The notes: generated by a model not told the origin, from the letters alone. A DNA stretch of 60,918 nt from Desulfosarcina sp. (GCA_030145105.1 JAQYWF010000001.1:1-60918); one strand, 5' to 3'; numbered from the stretch's first letter, positions 19,912 to 30,392 are shown. Made by a program: numbers and translations.

Positions 19912-20589
19912 TCATCGCGGTTCCAACAGCGGCAGGATTTCCAGCGGGTGGTCTACCAGCGTCTGACAACCGTTCTCGCGGAGTTCTTTCGGTCCCTTGA
20001 AGCCCCAGGCCACACCCACGGCATGCATGCCAGCAGCTGTGGCCGTTTTCATATCCACGCTGCTGTCTCCCACAAACAAAAATGTGTCAGGCGATAGCCC
20101 CATCCGCCGGGCGATGTCAAGCGCCGACGCCGGATCAGGCTTGACCGGGAAATGGTCGTTCTGTCCCATGACGACCTTGAAATCCCACTTGCCAAAATAG
20201 GCGTTCACATACCGGACAGTAAAATCATGAGGCTTGTTGGAGAGCACCGCCAGTGGCAAACCCTTTGTTTTCAGGTGGTGCAACAGCTCCGTGATACCCT
20301 CGTACGGCCGGGTCTTGCAGTTCCAGTTCTCCCAGTAAAGTTCCCGTGCCCGACGGACACATGCATCGACCATCTCTTCCGAACGGCCTTCGATGGGCAG
20401 CGCCCGGGTGACCAACATCTGGATGCCGTTGCCGATAAAACGCCGGTAGTCATCCGTGGTGTGGCCGGGAAAGCCGTATTCCGCCAGCATCAGGTTAACC
20501 GAATCTCCGATGTCCGCCAGCGTATCCAGCAGTGTGCCGTCCAGATCAAAAATGATTGCCTGGAGGCCGTTGGTATGATGATCGTTCAT
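19912..20589 (-). CDS. HAD family hydrolase (phosphoglycolate phosphatase-like)
   Basis: FDLDGTLLD, LSNK, KPDP, VGDSSVD. Confidence 0.9.
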   Translation of the reverse strand: MNDHHTNGLQAIIFDLDGTLLDTLADIGDSVNLMLAEYGFPGHTTDDYRRFIGNGIQMLVTRALPIEGRSEEMVDACVRRARELYWENWNCKTRPYEGITELLHHLKTKGLPLAVLSNKPHDFTVRYVNAYFGKWDFKVVMGQNDHFPVKPDPASALDIARRMGLSPDTFLFVGDSSVDMKTATAAGMHAVGVAWGFKGPKELRENGCQTLVDHPLEILPLLEPR

Positions 20590-20651
20590 GTTCAGCCCAT
20601 TCTCCCTCAAACCGCCCTGTCCACGATGTCAATCGTTGCGCCTGCTTTTCC

Positions 20652-21950
20652 TCAACCTCGCCAAGGCACGGCAGGCAGATAAATGCACACGCGAGTTCCC
20701 CGGTCTATCTGCGATTCTACGGATATCCAACCGCCATAGTTTTTCACAATTCCATAAACCGCAGCTAAACCGAGCCCCCGGCCAACACCTTTAGTCGTGA
20801 AGAAAGGTTCGAACACCCGTTTTTGGGTTGCTTCATCCATGCCTCGCCCGCTATCCACGAGCGTCAAGGTGACATATGGACCGGGAAACAATCCCGGGAA
20901 AGCCGCTGCATCTTTTTTGGTGATCAATTCATTCCTGCAGGCGATCTTAATACGACCTTTGTCTTCGATTGCCTCCGCTGCATTGGAAAGAACAGCCGAC
21001 AAAACCATTAGAAACTGGGATGGGTCCCCCCTGGTTTTCAAGATGACATCGGGCAAGCTGGTCTCTAACACAATCGATGGATCAAGGGTGTGTTGAAGCA
21101 GGGGCAATGTGTTGCGCACAAAATCACTTAGTGAGATATCGCTGCCCTCATAATTACCTTTCCGGGCGTATGCCAGCAACTGGGTCGTCAGCTGCTCCAT
21201 GCGTTCCGCCGATTTCCGTATCGAGGCAATATACTGCGACGTTTTCTCATCCTTGGGCACATCTATTTCAAGCATGTCCAGGGTTCCCACGATCACGAAC
21301 AGCCCGTTATTGAACTGGTGGGCGATACCACCTGCCAGTTTGGCGATGGCTTCCATCTTTTGCGCTTGCTGCTGCTGCCATTCTAGTTTCTTCTGTTCGG
21401 TGATGTTACTGACGATGATTCGGGAATGCTTGAGGTTGCCGTCGCTATGGCTGACCAGCGTGCATTCAAGGTTCGCGTAAAAGTCGCTGCCGTCATTTCT
21501 CACCAACCTTATTCTGAAGGACTGCAAATTTCCGGATTCCAAAAGGTACTTGTGACGAAGGTAGTACACATCCTGGTCCTTGCGTTGGATAAAACGACTC
21601 AGCGGTCTTCCCACGAATGCTGATCGCTCCATCCCCATCAGGGTGGCGAAAGTGAGATTGGCCTCTATGATGGAACCTCTTTGATCGATTGTCAGGTAGC
21701 CGACCGGTGCAAAGTCATACAAATTGGAATATCGATCCCGGGCCGCTTCAAGCTCCTCTTGGATGCTGCGGAGCTCTTCGTTCTGCATGCGCAACTCGAT
21801 CTGGTGCACACGAAGCTCATGGATCATCTTGGCCAAGTCACTGGCCGACATCCCTTCAATGTCCTCGGCATCTGCGGACATGGTTTTCCTCTGCCTTTCG
21901 GCACGCACCCTGAGTTCCGAGCGGTCTATTTTTTCTTCGCCATTTTCCAT
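20652..21950 (-). CDS. PAS-domain sensor histidine kinase
   Basis: 'HELRVHQIEL', 'YDFAPVGY' PAS, 'LAGGIAHQFNN', 'DSGRGM', 'FEPFFTTK...GLGL'. No receiver domain. Confidence 0.9.
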   Translation of the reverse strand: MENGEEKIDRSELRVRAERQRKTMSADAEDIEGMSASDLAKMIHELRVHQIELRMQNEELRSIQEELEAARDRYSNLYDFAPVGYLTIDQRGSIIEANLTFATLMGMERSAFVGRPLSRFIQRKDQDVYYLRHKYLLESGNLQSFRIRLVRNDGSDFYANLECTLVSHSDGNLKHSRIIVSNITEQKKLEWQQQQAQKMEAIAKLAGGIAHQFNNGLFVIVGTLDMLEIDVPKDEKTSQYIASIRKSAERMEQLTTQLLAYARKGNYEGSDISLSDFVRNTLPLLQHTLDPSIVLETSLPDVILKTRGDPSQFLMVLSAVLSNAAEAIEDKGRIKIACRNELITKKDAAAFPGLFPGPYVTLTLVDSGRGMDEATQKRVFEPFFTTKGVGRGLGLAAVYGIVKNYGGWISVESQIDRGTRVCIYLPAVPWRG

Positions 21951-22317
21951 TTTCGCCCTAATTACCAGATGGCAACCACGCCAGATCCCGCTCCGTCGTC
22001 GCAATGCTCAATCGGTTGCCACTGACGTCCTTCACCAAAGGTGCAGAATAGGTTCGTTCCCTATTCAATTTAATGCGCGTACCTGACAGGATGCTTAAAA
22101 ACGCCATGAACGCATGCGGAACAAATCAAGATTTGGCGAATAAGCGGAGTTTATGGGTGAAAAATCAGAACCGGACCTTAGCACGAATGCCGGCCATTTA
22201 ACAGGCTGTGAAAAAGCGGTGTCAACGGTACAGGGAATCACTTGCCTTACGTTTGAGCCGGAACGGCCAGTACCTGTTGTTCGGTGGCTGCCGGCGGTTT
22301 AAAAGCGTTATTGGCGA

Positions 22318-22683
22318 TCACCCCCCGGACCGTCTGACCGTATATCCCATGCCTTTAAGTTCGACCACCAATACATCCCGGTGATCCCCTTGAATTTCGA
22401 TGGTGCCGGCCTTGATCGTGCCGCCGCTGCCGCATTTCTGCTTGAGTGTTTTGGCCACCTGCTTCAATGTCCCGTCATCCACAGGGATGCCGGTGATCAC
22501 GGTCACGCCTTTGCCTTTGCGGCCTTTGGTGGCCCTTCCGATTCTTACTATACCATCCCCTGCCGGCTGTGCCGGCGTTTTCCGGCAGCTACAGCGGTCC
22601 AGCTGTTTATTGCATGACGGGCAGGTTCGGCCATGCTCGGTGGAATATACCAGACGGGCATTCCGGTTTTCGTTTCGCGTCAT
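22318..22683 (-). CDS. yciH: SUI1/YciH translation factor
   Basis: 'LVYST', 'KGRKGKGVT', '[10 protein letters not shown]', 'IEIQGDHR'. Confidence 0.92.
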   Translation of the reverse strand: MTRNENRNARLVYSTEHGRTCPSCNKQLDRCSCRKTPAQPAGDGIVRIGRATKGRKGKGVTVITGIPVDDGTLKQVAKTLKQKCGSGGTIKAGTIEIQGDHRDVLVVELKGMGYTVRRSGG

Positions 22684-22714
22684 ATCCATCCTTTCCACGG
22701 GTCTTGCAGGAGGT

Positions 22715-23128
22715 TCAGAAGCCGACCTTGCGCCGTAACGCCTTCTGCTTTCCGCGCCGGGTCTTGCTGTCCACGCGCCGCCGCTCTGAACCACGGGTGG
22801 GGCGGGTGGGCTTTCGTTTTTTGACAGGTACCAGGGTGCTGCGGATGAGTTGCACCAGACGCATCAGCGCCGCATCCCGATTCTTTTCCAGAGTGCGATA
22901 TTGTTGGGCCTTGATCACGATGACGCCGCTTTTGGTGATACGCTGGTCCCGGCAACGCAGCACCTGCGCCTTGACGAATTCCGGCAGAGACGACGCACCG
23001 ATGTCAAAGCGCAGATGCACCGCCGACGCCACCTTATTCACATTCTGACCACCGGCACCCTGGGCACGGATGGCGGCGATTTCAATTTCATTGTCCGGTA
23101 TGGCCAATTGGTTGGATATCGATAGCAT
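22715..23128 (-). CDS. arfB: Alternative ribosome rescue peptidyl-tRNA hydrolase
   Basis: '[10 protein letters not shown]' GGQ motif and basic tail '[10 protein letters not shown]'. Confidence 0.95.
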   Translation of the reverse strand: MLSISNQLAIPDNEIEIAAIRAQGAGGQNVNKVASAVHLRFDIGASSLPEFVKAQVLRCRDQRITKSGVIVIKAQQYRTLEKNRDAALMRLVQLIRSTLVPVKKRKPTRPTRGSERRRVDSKTRRGKQKALRRKVGF

Positions 23129-23391
23129 TTGTTATCATCCGTCGTTGGCACTAAATGGTGAACGATCTTGCTACGGATCATATCAGAGCGGTTTCCCGGT
23201 TTGCAAGTCAGGCGGGATACAATCGATACAAGCACCATGCGAGCGCATCGCTACTGGCCAGTTAAGAGGCTGCCCACAGATATGAACCATTATCTACTGG
23301 TAAATTTTTGGGAAAAATATTTCATAGTTCATATTTCATTTGAGTGATATTTTATGATGTTGGCCACCATTTTCACATATTTTATATAACA

Positions 23392-23436
23392 TATCAAATA
23401 GTTATGAAATTTTGTGGCGGCGGCCTGATCTTTGCT
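23392..23436 (+). promoter_or_regulatory. IHF site plus sigma54-type -24/-12 promoter
   Basis: TATCAAATAGTTA (WATCAANNNNTTR) at 23392-23404. GG-N10-GC in GCGGCCTGATCTTTGCT (GG 23422-23, GC 23434-35). Confidence 0.55.
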
Positions 23437-23486
23437 ATCTATTTTTCATAGGATTAGCCTTCGATGTAAAAGGGGAGAAATTCAGA

Positions 23487-24284
23487 ATGTATGTAAGTGC
23501 AATAGGTTCCGCCACAGCCGGGGCATGGATATCTTCTGTACCAAGTATTAGGAATAATAAAAGAACGGAAGGTTCATGTATAAACCCTTTCTCTCCCGAT
23601 GGTACCTGCGCCAATCCGCTATTAGATCTCGTTACCTTGTCTTTGGAATCAATGCAATATACCGGCGAGGTGGCCACCCCTTCGTTTTTTTATAATTCAT
23701 TGTATTTCATGTATCCAAACCAATCCATTCGTGATTTTGCTTTGCATGTGATTGGTGTGAAGGCAGCTGATAGCAATGACGAAAAAATAGGTAAGATCGC
23801 CAGGTGGGTTCAAAGACATATACAATATAAGGAAGATATCGAAAATTATGGCTATGATGAATTTTGGGCACCTCCTATATTTACATTAACCAAAAGGTCC
23901 GGTGATTGCGAAGATGGTGCTTTTTTAATCGTTAGCTTGGCGCTCAATTCAGGTGTGCCGGGAAGCCGATTAAGAATGTATGGGGGCGAGGTGAAAGCGG
24001 GTAAAGGCGCTGCAACCGGCGGACACGGATGGGTTGGATATTTACGCGAATCGGATGATGAGTGGATCCCTGTTGATTTTTCCTACTATCCCAATCCGAA
24101 TATTGCTTCTATCAAGCCAATGTCTGAAGATGATCGGTATATTGATGATTTCTTTTTCATGAATGTGTTTGAATTTGTTGAAACGCCGGGAACCAATCGC
24201 GTTCGTGATCCCGAAGGTTATGATAATATGGCAAGGATTAAAAACCAATTGTGGATCGGTCATCTTATCGACAACTTCGTTTAA
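23487..24284 (+). CDS. Transglutaminase-like cysteine peptidase domain protein
   Basis: AGGGGAG RBS. 'W.PP..TL..SGDCEDGA' (Cys), 'GHGWV' (His), 'WIPVD' (Asp). AT-rich. Confidence 0.75.
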   Translation: MYVSAIGSATAGAWISSVPSIRNNKRTEGSCINPFSPDGTCANPLLDLVTLSLESMQYTGEVATPSFFYNSLYFMYPNQSIRDFALHVIGVKAADSNDEKIGKIARWVQRHIQYKEDIENYGYDEFWAPPIFTLTKRSGDCEDGAFLIVSLALNSGVPGSRLRMYGGEVKAGKGAATGGHGWVGYLRESDDEWIPVDFSYYPNPNIASIKPMSEDDRYIDDFFFMNVFEFVETPGTNRVRDPEGYDNMARIKNQLWIGHLIDNFV

Positions 24285-24872
24285 AAATAATAACCCCCCT
24301 CCAGGCCCCTTATAATCCTGAATCGTGTTGCCGCCGTCGATGACGATCATCTGGCCGGTAATGTAAGTGGCTTCATCGGATGCAAGAAAAGCAATCAAGT
24401 CGGCGACCTCCTGCGGTGTCCCGGACCGTCCAATGGGGGTATGCTCCCCCGCCGTTTTCTCTTCTTCGGTGGAAGAGGCCGTCTCGATCCATCCCGGGGC
24501 CACACTGTTGACGGTGATGCCTTCACGGGCCACTTCCATGGCCAGACTGCGGCCCATGCCGACCATGGCTGCCTTGGACGCACTGTACGCTGCCTCTCCC
24601 GGGTTGATCACCAGGGGACCGGTGACCGATGAAATGTTGACGATGCGCCCGTACTTGTTTTTCAGCATGTGGGGCAGCACCGCGTGGGTGACATTGAAGC
24701 AGGTGGTCAGATTGCGGTCGATGGATTTGTGCCACTCCCGCGGCGAAAGCTGCGCCAGGTGAATCATGGCCTCGGGATCGCCCACCTGGGACATGCCGGC
24801 ATTATTGACCAGGATGTCGATGCGGCCAAACTGGCTGATCACATCATCCACCAGGGCGCGGGTCTGATCCAT
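24281..24872 (-). pseudogene. 5'-truncated SDR (3-oxoacyl-ACP reductase-like)
   Basis: Has LVNNAG, YSASK, YITGQ..IDGG but no N-terminal TGxxxGIG. Removing one G from a G6 run gives a natural end KGPGGGYYF* at 24281 instead of running on to 24042. Confidence 0.7.
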
Positions 24873-24959
24873 ACAGGTCGCACTGCTGGATATTGCGCCA
24901 ACGCCCCTGTCAGAAAAGGCTCAAACAAGGCGGCAAGGTTCGTGGCGGGATGAGGTCGA

Positions 24960-25736
24960 TCACCCCAGTATCAAGCGTTGGGGATCGCACTTGTCTCTTA
25001 AGATGGATAGTTCTTCCGCGGATGGCGGCTTGATCTGTGTGGCCTGCGACGTGTCCACGGCAAAGCCCATGTTGTCGAGAATATCTTCTTTTCTCACGCC
25101 CTGGAAGCATCCATTCAGAACCATCCGCTTGGTTTCCGGATCGAATCCCATGATGGCCATGTTGGTAATCACGCAGGAAGGTCCCCCGTCCGGCAAGCCG
25201 GCCTTTTTTCGGCCGTCAGGCCCGTCGAGCCACCCGGGACTGGTCAGGTAATCCAGTTTGGGAACAAATTTTCGCTTGGCGTGCTGCATGAAGATGATCG
25301 TCCGGCTGACAAAGGATGCCACATCACAGGCACCGCCGCTGCCGGAAAACCGCACCGTCGGATGATGATAGTCGCCGATCACGGTGGAATTCAGGTTGCC
25401 GTATATGTCGATCTGGGCGGCACCCATGATGCCCACCACCTGGCGGCCGGTAAAGCGATTCTGCATGGTGGCGAAGGCATCCGCCAGGCCCCCGTTGACC
25501 GACGTGGCGAACATCACCCTTGGATCGCCCACCGCCAGGGGAACCTCCTCCAGTTGGGAGTCGATGGCGCCGGTTTCGAAAAAGATCACGCTGTTGGGTG
25601 CGCTGATATGCTTGGCCGCCATGGCGGCCAACATGGAAATGCCCGTGCCGCAGAACACGATATCGCCATCGCGGATTTCCCTGGCGGCGGCGACGGCCAT
25701 CATCTCTCGGCTGGTATACTCAATTTCAGTGGACAT
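24960..25736 (-). CDS. gctB: Family I CoA-transferase beta subunit (glutaconate CoA-transferase-like)
   Basis: 'VFCGTG', catalytic 'FETG', 'AAQIDIYGNLNST', 'GSGGACD', 'LTSPG'. Confidence 0.8.
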   Translation of the reverse strand: MSTEIEYTSREMMAVAAAREIRDGDIVFCGTGISMLAAMAAKHISAPNSVIFFETGAIDSQLEEVPLAVGDPRVMFATSVNGGLADAFATMQNRFTGRQVVGIMGAAQIDIYGNLNSTVIGDYHHPTVRFSGSGGACDVASFVSRTIIFMQHAKRKFVPKLDYLTSPGWLDGPDGRKKAGLPDGGPSCVITNMAIMGFDPETKRMVLNGCFQGVRKEDILDNMGFAVDTSQATQIKPPSAEELSILRDKCDPQRLILG

Positions 25737-25836
25737 GGGTCTATTAATCTCCGCGATGGTCGAACGTCGAATGATGAACTCGCTTTGCTCGACCCGTTTG
25801 TAAAAAGTGAGTCTACAGTTGACAGCATGCCAATCC

Positions 25837-25981
25837 AGTGTCGATTCGGAAATGGTAGATTGTGTTCCAGATCAAGGCCGCAGTGTTTTTGAAACCGGAG
25901 GCGTAGCTGGGCTACGTTGAGGATTTCAAAAACACGAGAACGCAGAGCTGGGACGCAAGATACCGTTTCCGGATTGACACT
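25837..25981. repeat. 145-bp palindromic MITE-like element (second family, shared core with 5984-6108)
   Basis: Ends AGTGTCGATTCGGAAATGGTA / TACCGTTTCCGGATTGACACT. Inner GTGTTTTTGAAA/TTTCAAAAACAC. Core AGATCAAGGC...AACGCAGA. Confidence 0.75.
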
Positions 25982-26959
25982 TCAGCGGCGATCCAGCCCT
26001 ACCGCATACCCCGTGCGCGGATCGGCCTTGATTTTCTCCAGCTGACGGTCGTCGATTCGCGCCAGCATCTCTTCATGGTTATGTGATGAGAAGACTTCCT
26101 TTTCCAGATAGGCCTGATATCGGTCATCGTCCAAGGCCGCGTCGCGATATTGGTACAACCGTGTCGGGTCATAGTCGTAATACCGGTAGCAGGCGGTGGG
26201 CCAGGCTCCCATGGGGACATGCACCACGGCATCCACATTAAAAAAGGGAATTTGGTTGCGTTCCGGTGCCCCGCGCAGGAGGTCGTCGTCGACCAGGGTC
26301 TCACAAGTGACGATGAGGTGCCTGGCAGCCTTGGCCTGTTCCACGTCGGCAAAGGGAAGGCCGCTGATGCGGGCGGTTCCCTGTCGGTCGGCTGCCTGTA
26401 CATGAATGATGGTGACATCCGGGTTGATGGCTGGCACCAGCACCACCCGCTCGGTATCGCACCAACCATCGAAGGGGTTGTCCATGACGACCAGTTTGCG
26501 ATCGGGAACACGCGCATTCGCCTGACGCGCCGTTTGCGAAAAACCCCACCGGTTGACGAGGTCTGATCCCAGCGATGAGCGCGTCGGCAGGAACGGTACG
26601 CCCATGGCACCGGCCATGAACCGCAGGGTCATCTGGTAGTTGGAGTAGTCCTCGACCGGCAGTTGCCCGGATTCGACCGCTTTGCGGAAGCGGATGCAGG
26701 TGGACGCGAACCGCCCGCTGCCGGCATAGGCAATCTCGAGCTGGTCCACGCAGCCGGCCCCGATCAGTTCGTCGACCCCCTGGCCGTTGGAGTGGGCGTA
26801 GAGATGCAGGTGGCGTTTTTTCTGGCGGATGATTTCATACACCGCCGCCATGGGATTCCGATTAATGGTAAATCCGCCGATGGAGATGTGGGCGCCGTCG
26901 GAGACGAATCGGGAAACGGCATCCGACAGGGACATCCGTTTGTTGCTGTTTACATTCAT
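25982..26959 (-). CDS. gctA: Family I CoA-transferase alpha subunit (glutaconate CoA-transferase-like)
   Basis: 'GGFTINRNPMAAVYEIIRQ', 'AGAMGVPFLP..S.LGSD', 'PAINPDVTIIHVQAAD'. Confidence 0.8.
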   Translation of the reverse strand: MNVNSNKRMSLSDAVSRFVSDGAHISIGGFTINRNPMAAVYEIIRQKKRHLHLYAHSNGQGVDELIGAGCVDQLEIAYAGSGRFASTCIRFRKAVESGQLPVEDYSNYQMTLRFMAGAMGVPFLPTRSSLGSDLVNRWGFSQTARQANARVPDRKLVVMDNPFDGWCDTERVVLVPAINPDVTIIHVQAADRQGTARISGLPFADVEQAKAARHLIVTCETLVDDDLLRGAPERNQIPFFNVDAVVHVPMGAWPTACYRYYDYDPTRLYQYRDAALDDDRYQAYLEKEVFSSHNHEEMLARIDDRQLEKIKADPRTGYAVGLDRR

Positions 26960-27056
26960 GGGTGATTTTTTCCTGAACTATTCGCTGGGATTGTCAACTT
27001 CGGACTAAGGGCATTGACTGACAAATCTTGCACCGTATTCCTGGTTTTTTTGTTAC

Positions 27057-27138
27057 CCACGGAGTTTGCCGAGACCGCAGAGAAACCTTTTTTGTGCCCC
27101 TTTTCATTTCTCTGCGCCCTCCGCGCGCTCAGCGGTGA
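27057..27138. repeat. GC-rich intergenic hairpin with 9-mer-like arms
   Basis: CGCAGAGAAA (27076-27085) / TTTCTCTGCG (27107-27116) perfect inverted repeat with degenerate outer repeats. Confidence 0.55.
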
Positions 27139-27171
27139 AACCTTAACCGTCATCGATTTAATGCCACCGTA

Positions 27172-28935
27172 TTACTGAGGGTCCGCATCCGGAAGCTGAC
27201 CCGTGTCGAGCCATCCTCTCAGGCGGTAATAGTCGTCAACCAGCTGTCTCAGATCTTCGGTAGCGATGCGGCGCCCGTCAGGCAGGGCCTCGTTCAACAG
27301 CCGCTTGGGCAGCCAGTCGTCCGTGGCACGCAGGCCCTCTCTCAAATTGAAGCGGCGGGCACTGTCGGTAACACGGGCAGCCAGCGCTTGAAGATCCTGC
27401 TTGTGCATGGTTTCACCGGTGGTCAGGGCGATCAAGTCGCCGATCTCTTCCCAGGGGTACAAATCACGATAAAAGCGGCAGACAATCAAGGTGTCGAAAA
27501 GCGTGCAGCGGTCCTCAAAATCGATGAACATGGCGGCTTTGTCTTCAATCTGGTCCGGATCAATGAGACCGCTCAACTCGGGCTTGTAAAAGGTGGTCCG
27601 CAAATGGCAGGCGCCACGGTCGGCCACGGCGTAGGCCAGGCCCATGCCCTTGAGTACGCGGGGATCGTAGCCCGACGGCTCTAGCCCCTTGACATGAACG
27701 GCGATATCTTCCAGGCCCAGTTCTTCGCTGGCCGGACGGATGCCATCGGCCAGCAGTCCGCCCACATCCTGCCGCAGCACAATTTTTTTGAGCAGTGCGG
27801 CGATCTGATCAGGCTGGTTGTAGTCGATTTCCAGATCGATTTTACCCCGTCGCCGGGCTTCAATGGCAAAAGCGGCCAGGTTTCCCGAACTCATGGTGTC
27901 CAACCCCATACGGTCGCACAGATCGTTCAGATAGACGATCTCCTCGATCTGGTCGACCATGCACAGCCCGCCGAAAGCGTAGATGGTTTCATACTCCGGC
28001 CCTTCCAAGGTCAATCCCTGGTGGCGCCCCTGTTGGACACGGACCGATTTGCCACACGCCAGAAAACAGGTCCGGCAGGCCTTGGGTTTTGGCTGGCAGC
28101 GCTGCTGCATGCTCTGGGCATTGATGGCTTCAACATGCTGCACCGATCCCTGCGACCAGTACCGGCTGGGAAATCCCCCGGCCTTGTTGAGAATATCCAC
28201 CATCATGGGTGTACCGTTATTGCGGTAGGCCTGGGTGACGGCGTGATCCTTGTAGAGCGCCAATTTCTCTTTGGCGTAGGCCCTTAAGCCTTCCGGATCG
28301 GCAAAGGGGCGCTTCTGGCTGCCGTGGAAAACGACGGCCTTGATTTTCTTGGAACCCAATACCGCCCCCATCCCCGTGCGCCCGCATACCCGCCATCCGT
28401 CATTTTTGACAACTGCAAAACGGACACAGTTCTCACCGGCCGGGCCAATCACCATAATTCACGGCGACTTGGCAACCACCCGTTTGCGGACGGCCGCCTC
28501 GGTCTCGAAGGTGTCCAGTCCCCACAGGTCATCCGCCTCGTGAAAAAAGACCCCCTGGTCGGAGATCTCCAGCCACAACGGGCGTTCCGAGGCGCCCTTG
28601 ATGACAAAGGCATCGAAGCCGGCCCGGCTCATGGCAATGGCCGCACTGCCGCCGGCATAGGATTCACTGTATAGACCGGTCAGCGGAGACTTGGCGAACA
28701 TGCCATGACGGCACGATCCGTGGATGGCGCTGTCCGATGCCGGGCCAAGGGCCAACACCAGGTGGCTGTCGGGAGAAAAGGGATCGACGCCGGCAGGGTT
28801 GCGATCCAACAGCAGCTGGGTCCCCAGTCCCTTACCGCCCATGCAGGCTCGCAGGAACGCGTCGCTCAGCGCCTCTGTCTGGGAGGATCGGTTGCTCACA
28901 TCGACTGTCAGGGCCTGTTGAAAAAAACCATGCAT
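27172..28935 (-). CDS. aor: Aldehyde:ferredoxin oxidoreductase (W/Mo-pterin), interrupted by one in-frame TGA (28459-28461)
   Basis: The two ORFs share a frame: 'KSPLTG..SES', 'IGPAGEN', 'GRTGMGAVLGSK', 'CRTCFLAC', 'GPEYE', 'CDRMGLD', 'GACHL'. Confidence 0.85.
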
Positions 28936-28972
28936 ATTATAATGTCCTTTGACCTTGATACGAATCCTTAAA

Positions 28973-30280
28973 TCAGGTACGCGAAACCTTTTCTAAACTT
29001 TCCTCGAGTATCGCCAGTCCCCTGTCCAGCTGTTCATCGGTGATGACCAGCGGCATCAGGGTGCGGATGACATTGCCAAAATTACCGCAGGATAGCAATA
29101 CCAGTCCCTTTTCATAGCAGCGGCTGACCAGTGCCTTGGCCTTGTCGGTGGCCGGTTTTTTGGATTCGCGATCCTCCACCAGTTCCATGGCCAGCATGGG
29201 GCCCTTGCCACGCACCTCGCCGATGATCTCATAGCGTTCCTGCATGGTGGAAAAGCGTGCCAGGAGGGTTTCGCCCAGCCGAACCGATTGATCGAGCAGC
29301 TTATCCTCGAACAGAATCTCCAGAACGGCAAGGGCCGCCCGACAGGAAATCGGGTTGCCGCTGTAAGTGCCGCCCAATCCGCCCACGTGGGGTGCGTTCA
29401 TCATGTCGGCGCGACCGATCACGGCCGACAGGGGCATCCCACCGGCAAAGCTCTTGGCCAGGGTGATAATATCGGGGATCACACCCCAATGGTCGATGGC
29501 AAAGAACTTACCGGTTCTGCCGACGCCGCTCTGGACCTCGTCCATGATCAGGGCGATGTCATACTTTTCGCAGATGGCTTTCAGTTTCCGGAAATACTCG
29601 GGTGGCGGGGTAACGAATCCGCCCTCGCCCTGGATGGGTTCGGCGATCACTGCCGCCGTCTGTTCCGCGGCCACATGACTGATAAAAAATTCTTCGAGGT
29701 AGTCGGCACAGGCAGTCCCGCAGGCTGGATAGGTCAAGCCGAAGGGGCAGCGGTAACAATAGGCAAATGGCATGCGGTAGACTTCCGGAGCAAAGGGTCC
29801 GAAGCCGAACTTGTATGGTTTCACCTTACTTGTCAGGGTCATACCCATCAGCGTGCGCCCGTGAAAGGCATTTTCGAAGCAGATGATCCCTGGTCGCTTG
29901 CTGGCGTAGCGGGCCACCTTGACCGCGTTTTCCACCGCTTCGGCGCCGCTGTTGGCAAACATGGTCATTTTGGCAAAATCCCCGGGTGCCAACGCATTGA
30001 GTCGTGCGGCCAGGTCCACGTAGGCCTCGTACATGGCCACATGAAAGCAGGTGTGGATGCATTTTCCGGCCTGATCCTGGATGGCCGCCACCACCTTGGG
30101 ATGACAGTGCCCCACGTTGTTCACACCGATGCCGCCAGCAAAATCGATCAGTTCACGGCCGTCGACATCCACCATGACCGCCCCGTGGGCATCTTTGATA
30201 AAAGCGGTGGTGGTGTTAAAGGGCCCCTGGGGTACGTGCTGGTTACGTTTTTCGAGCAATTCATGGTTGCGGGCTGACAT
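28973..30280 (-). CDS. gabT: 4-aminobutyrate/5-aminovalerate aminotransferase
   Basis: 'DFAGGIGV', 'NSGAEAVENAVK', 'FHGRT', 'EPIQGEGGF', 'DEVQSG', PLP Lys in 'LAKS', 'LGGTYSGNP'. Confidence 0.92.
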   Translation of the reverse strand: MSARNHELLEKRNQHVPQGPFNTTTAFIKDAHGAVMVDVDGRELIDFAGGIGVNNVGHCHPKVVAAIQDQAGKCIHTCFHVAMYEAYVDLAARLNALAPGDFAKMTMFANSGAEAVENAVKVARYASKRPGIICFENAFHGRTLMGMTLTSKVKPYKFGFGPFAPEVYRMPFAYCYRCPFGLTYPACGTACADYLEEFFISHVAAEQTAAVIAEPIQGEGGFVTPPPEYFRKLKAICEKYDIALIMDEVQSGVGRTGKFFAIDHWGVIPDIITLAKSFAGGMPLSAVIGRADMMNAPHVGGLGGTYSGNPISCRAALAVLEILFEDKLLDQSVRLGETLLARFSTMQERYEIIGEVRGKGPMLAMELVEDRESKKPATDKAKALVSRCYEKGLVLLSCGNFGNVIRTLMPLVITDEQLDRGLAILEESLEKVSRT

Positions 30281-30392
30281 ATGGTTGACTCCTTGTTGAA
30301 TGATTGATTAGGGGCACAAAAGGCGTTATTCATAAGGATCAAATACCCTTTTGTTCTTATCTGCGTGCAACATTTTGCTTGCCATCATCATT

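Noticed and set aside
22086-22220. CAGGATGCTTAAAAA and CAGGCTGTGAAAAA, resembling IS/MITE ends
   Set aside because: Same orientation, no partner inverted end, and too short to support.
24042-24280. 240-bp overlap of the SDR ORF with the transglutaminase gene
   Set aside because: Explained by one extra G in a G6 run; the natural stop is probably at 24281.
30361-30390. Sigma54 promoter for gabT (TGGCAAGCAAAATGTTGC on the minus strand)
   Set aside because: GG-GC spacing is 13 nt rather than 10.
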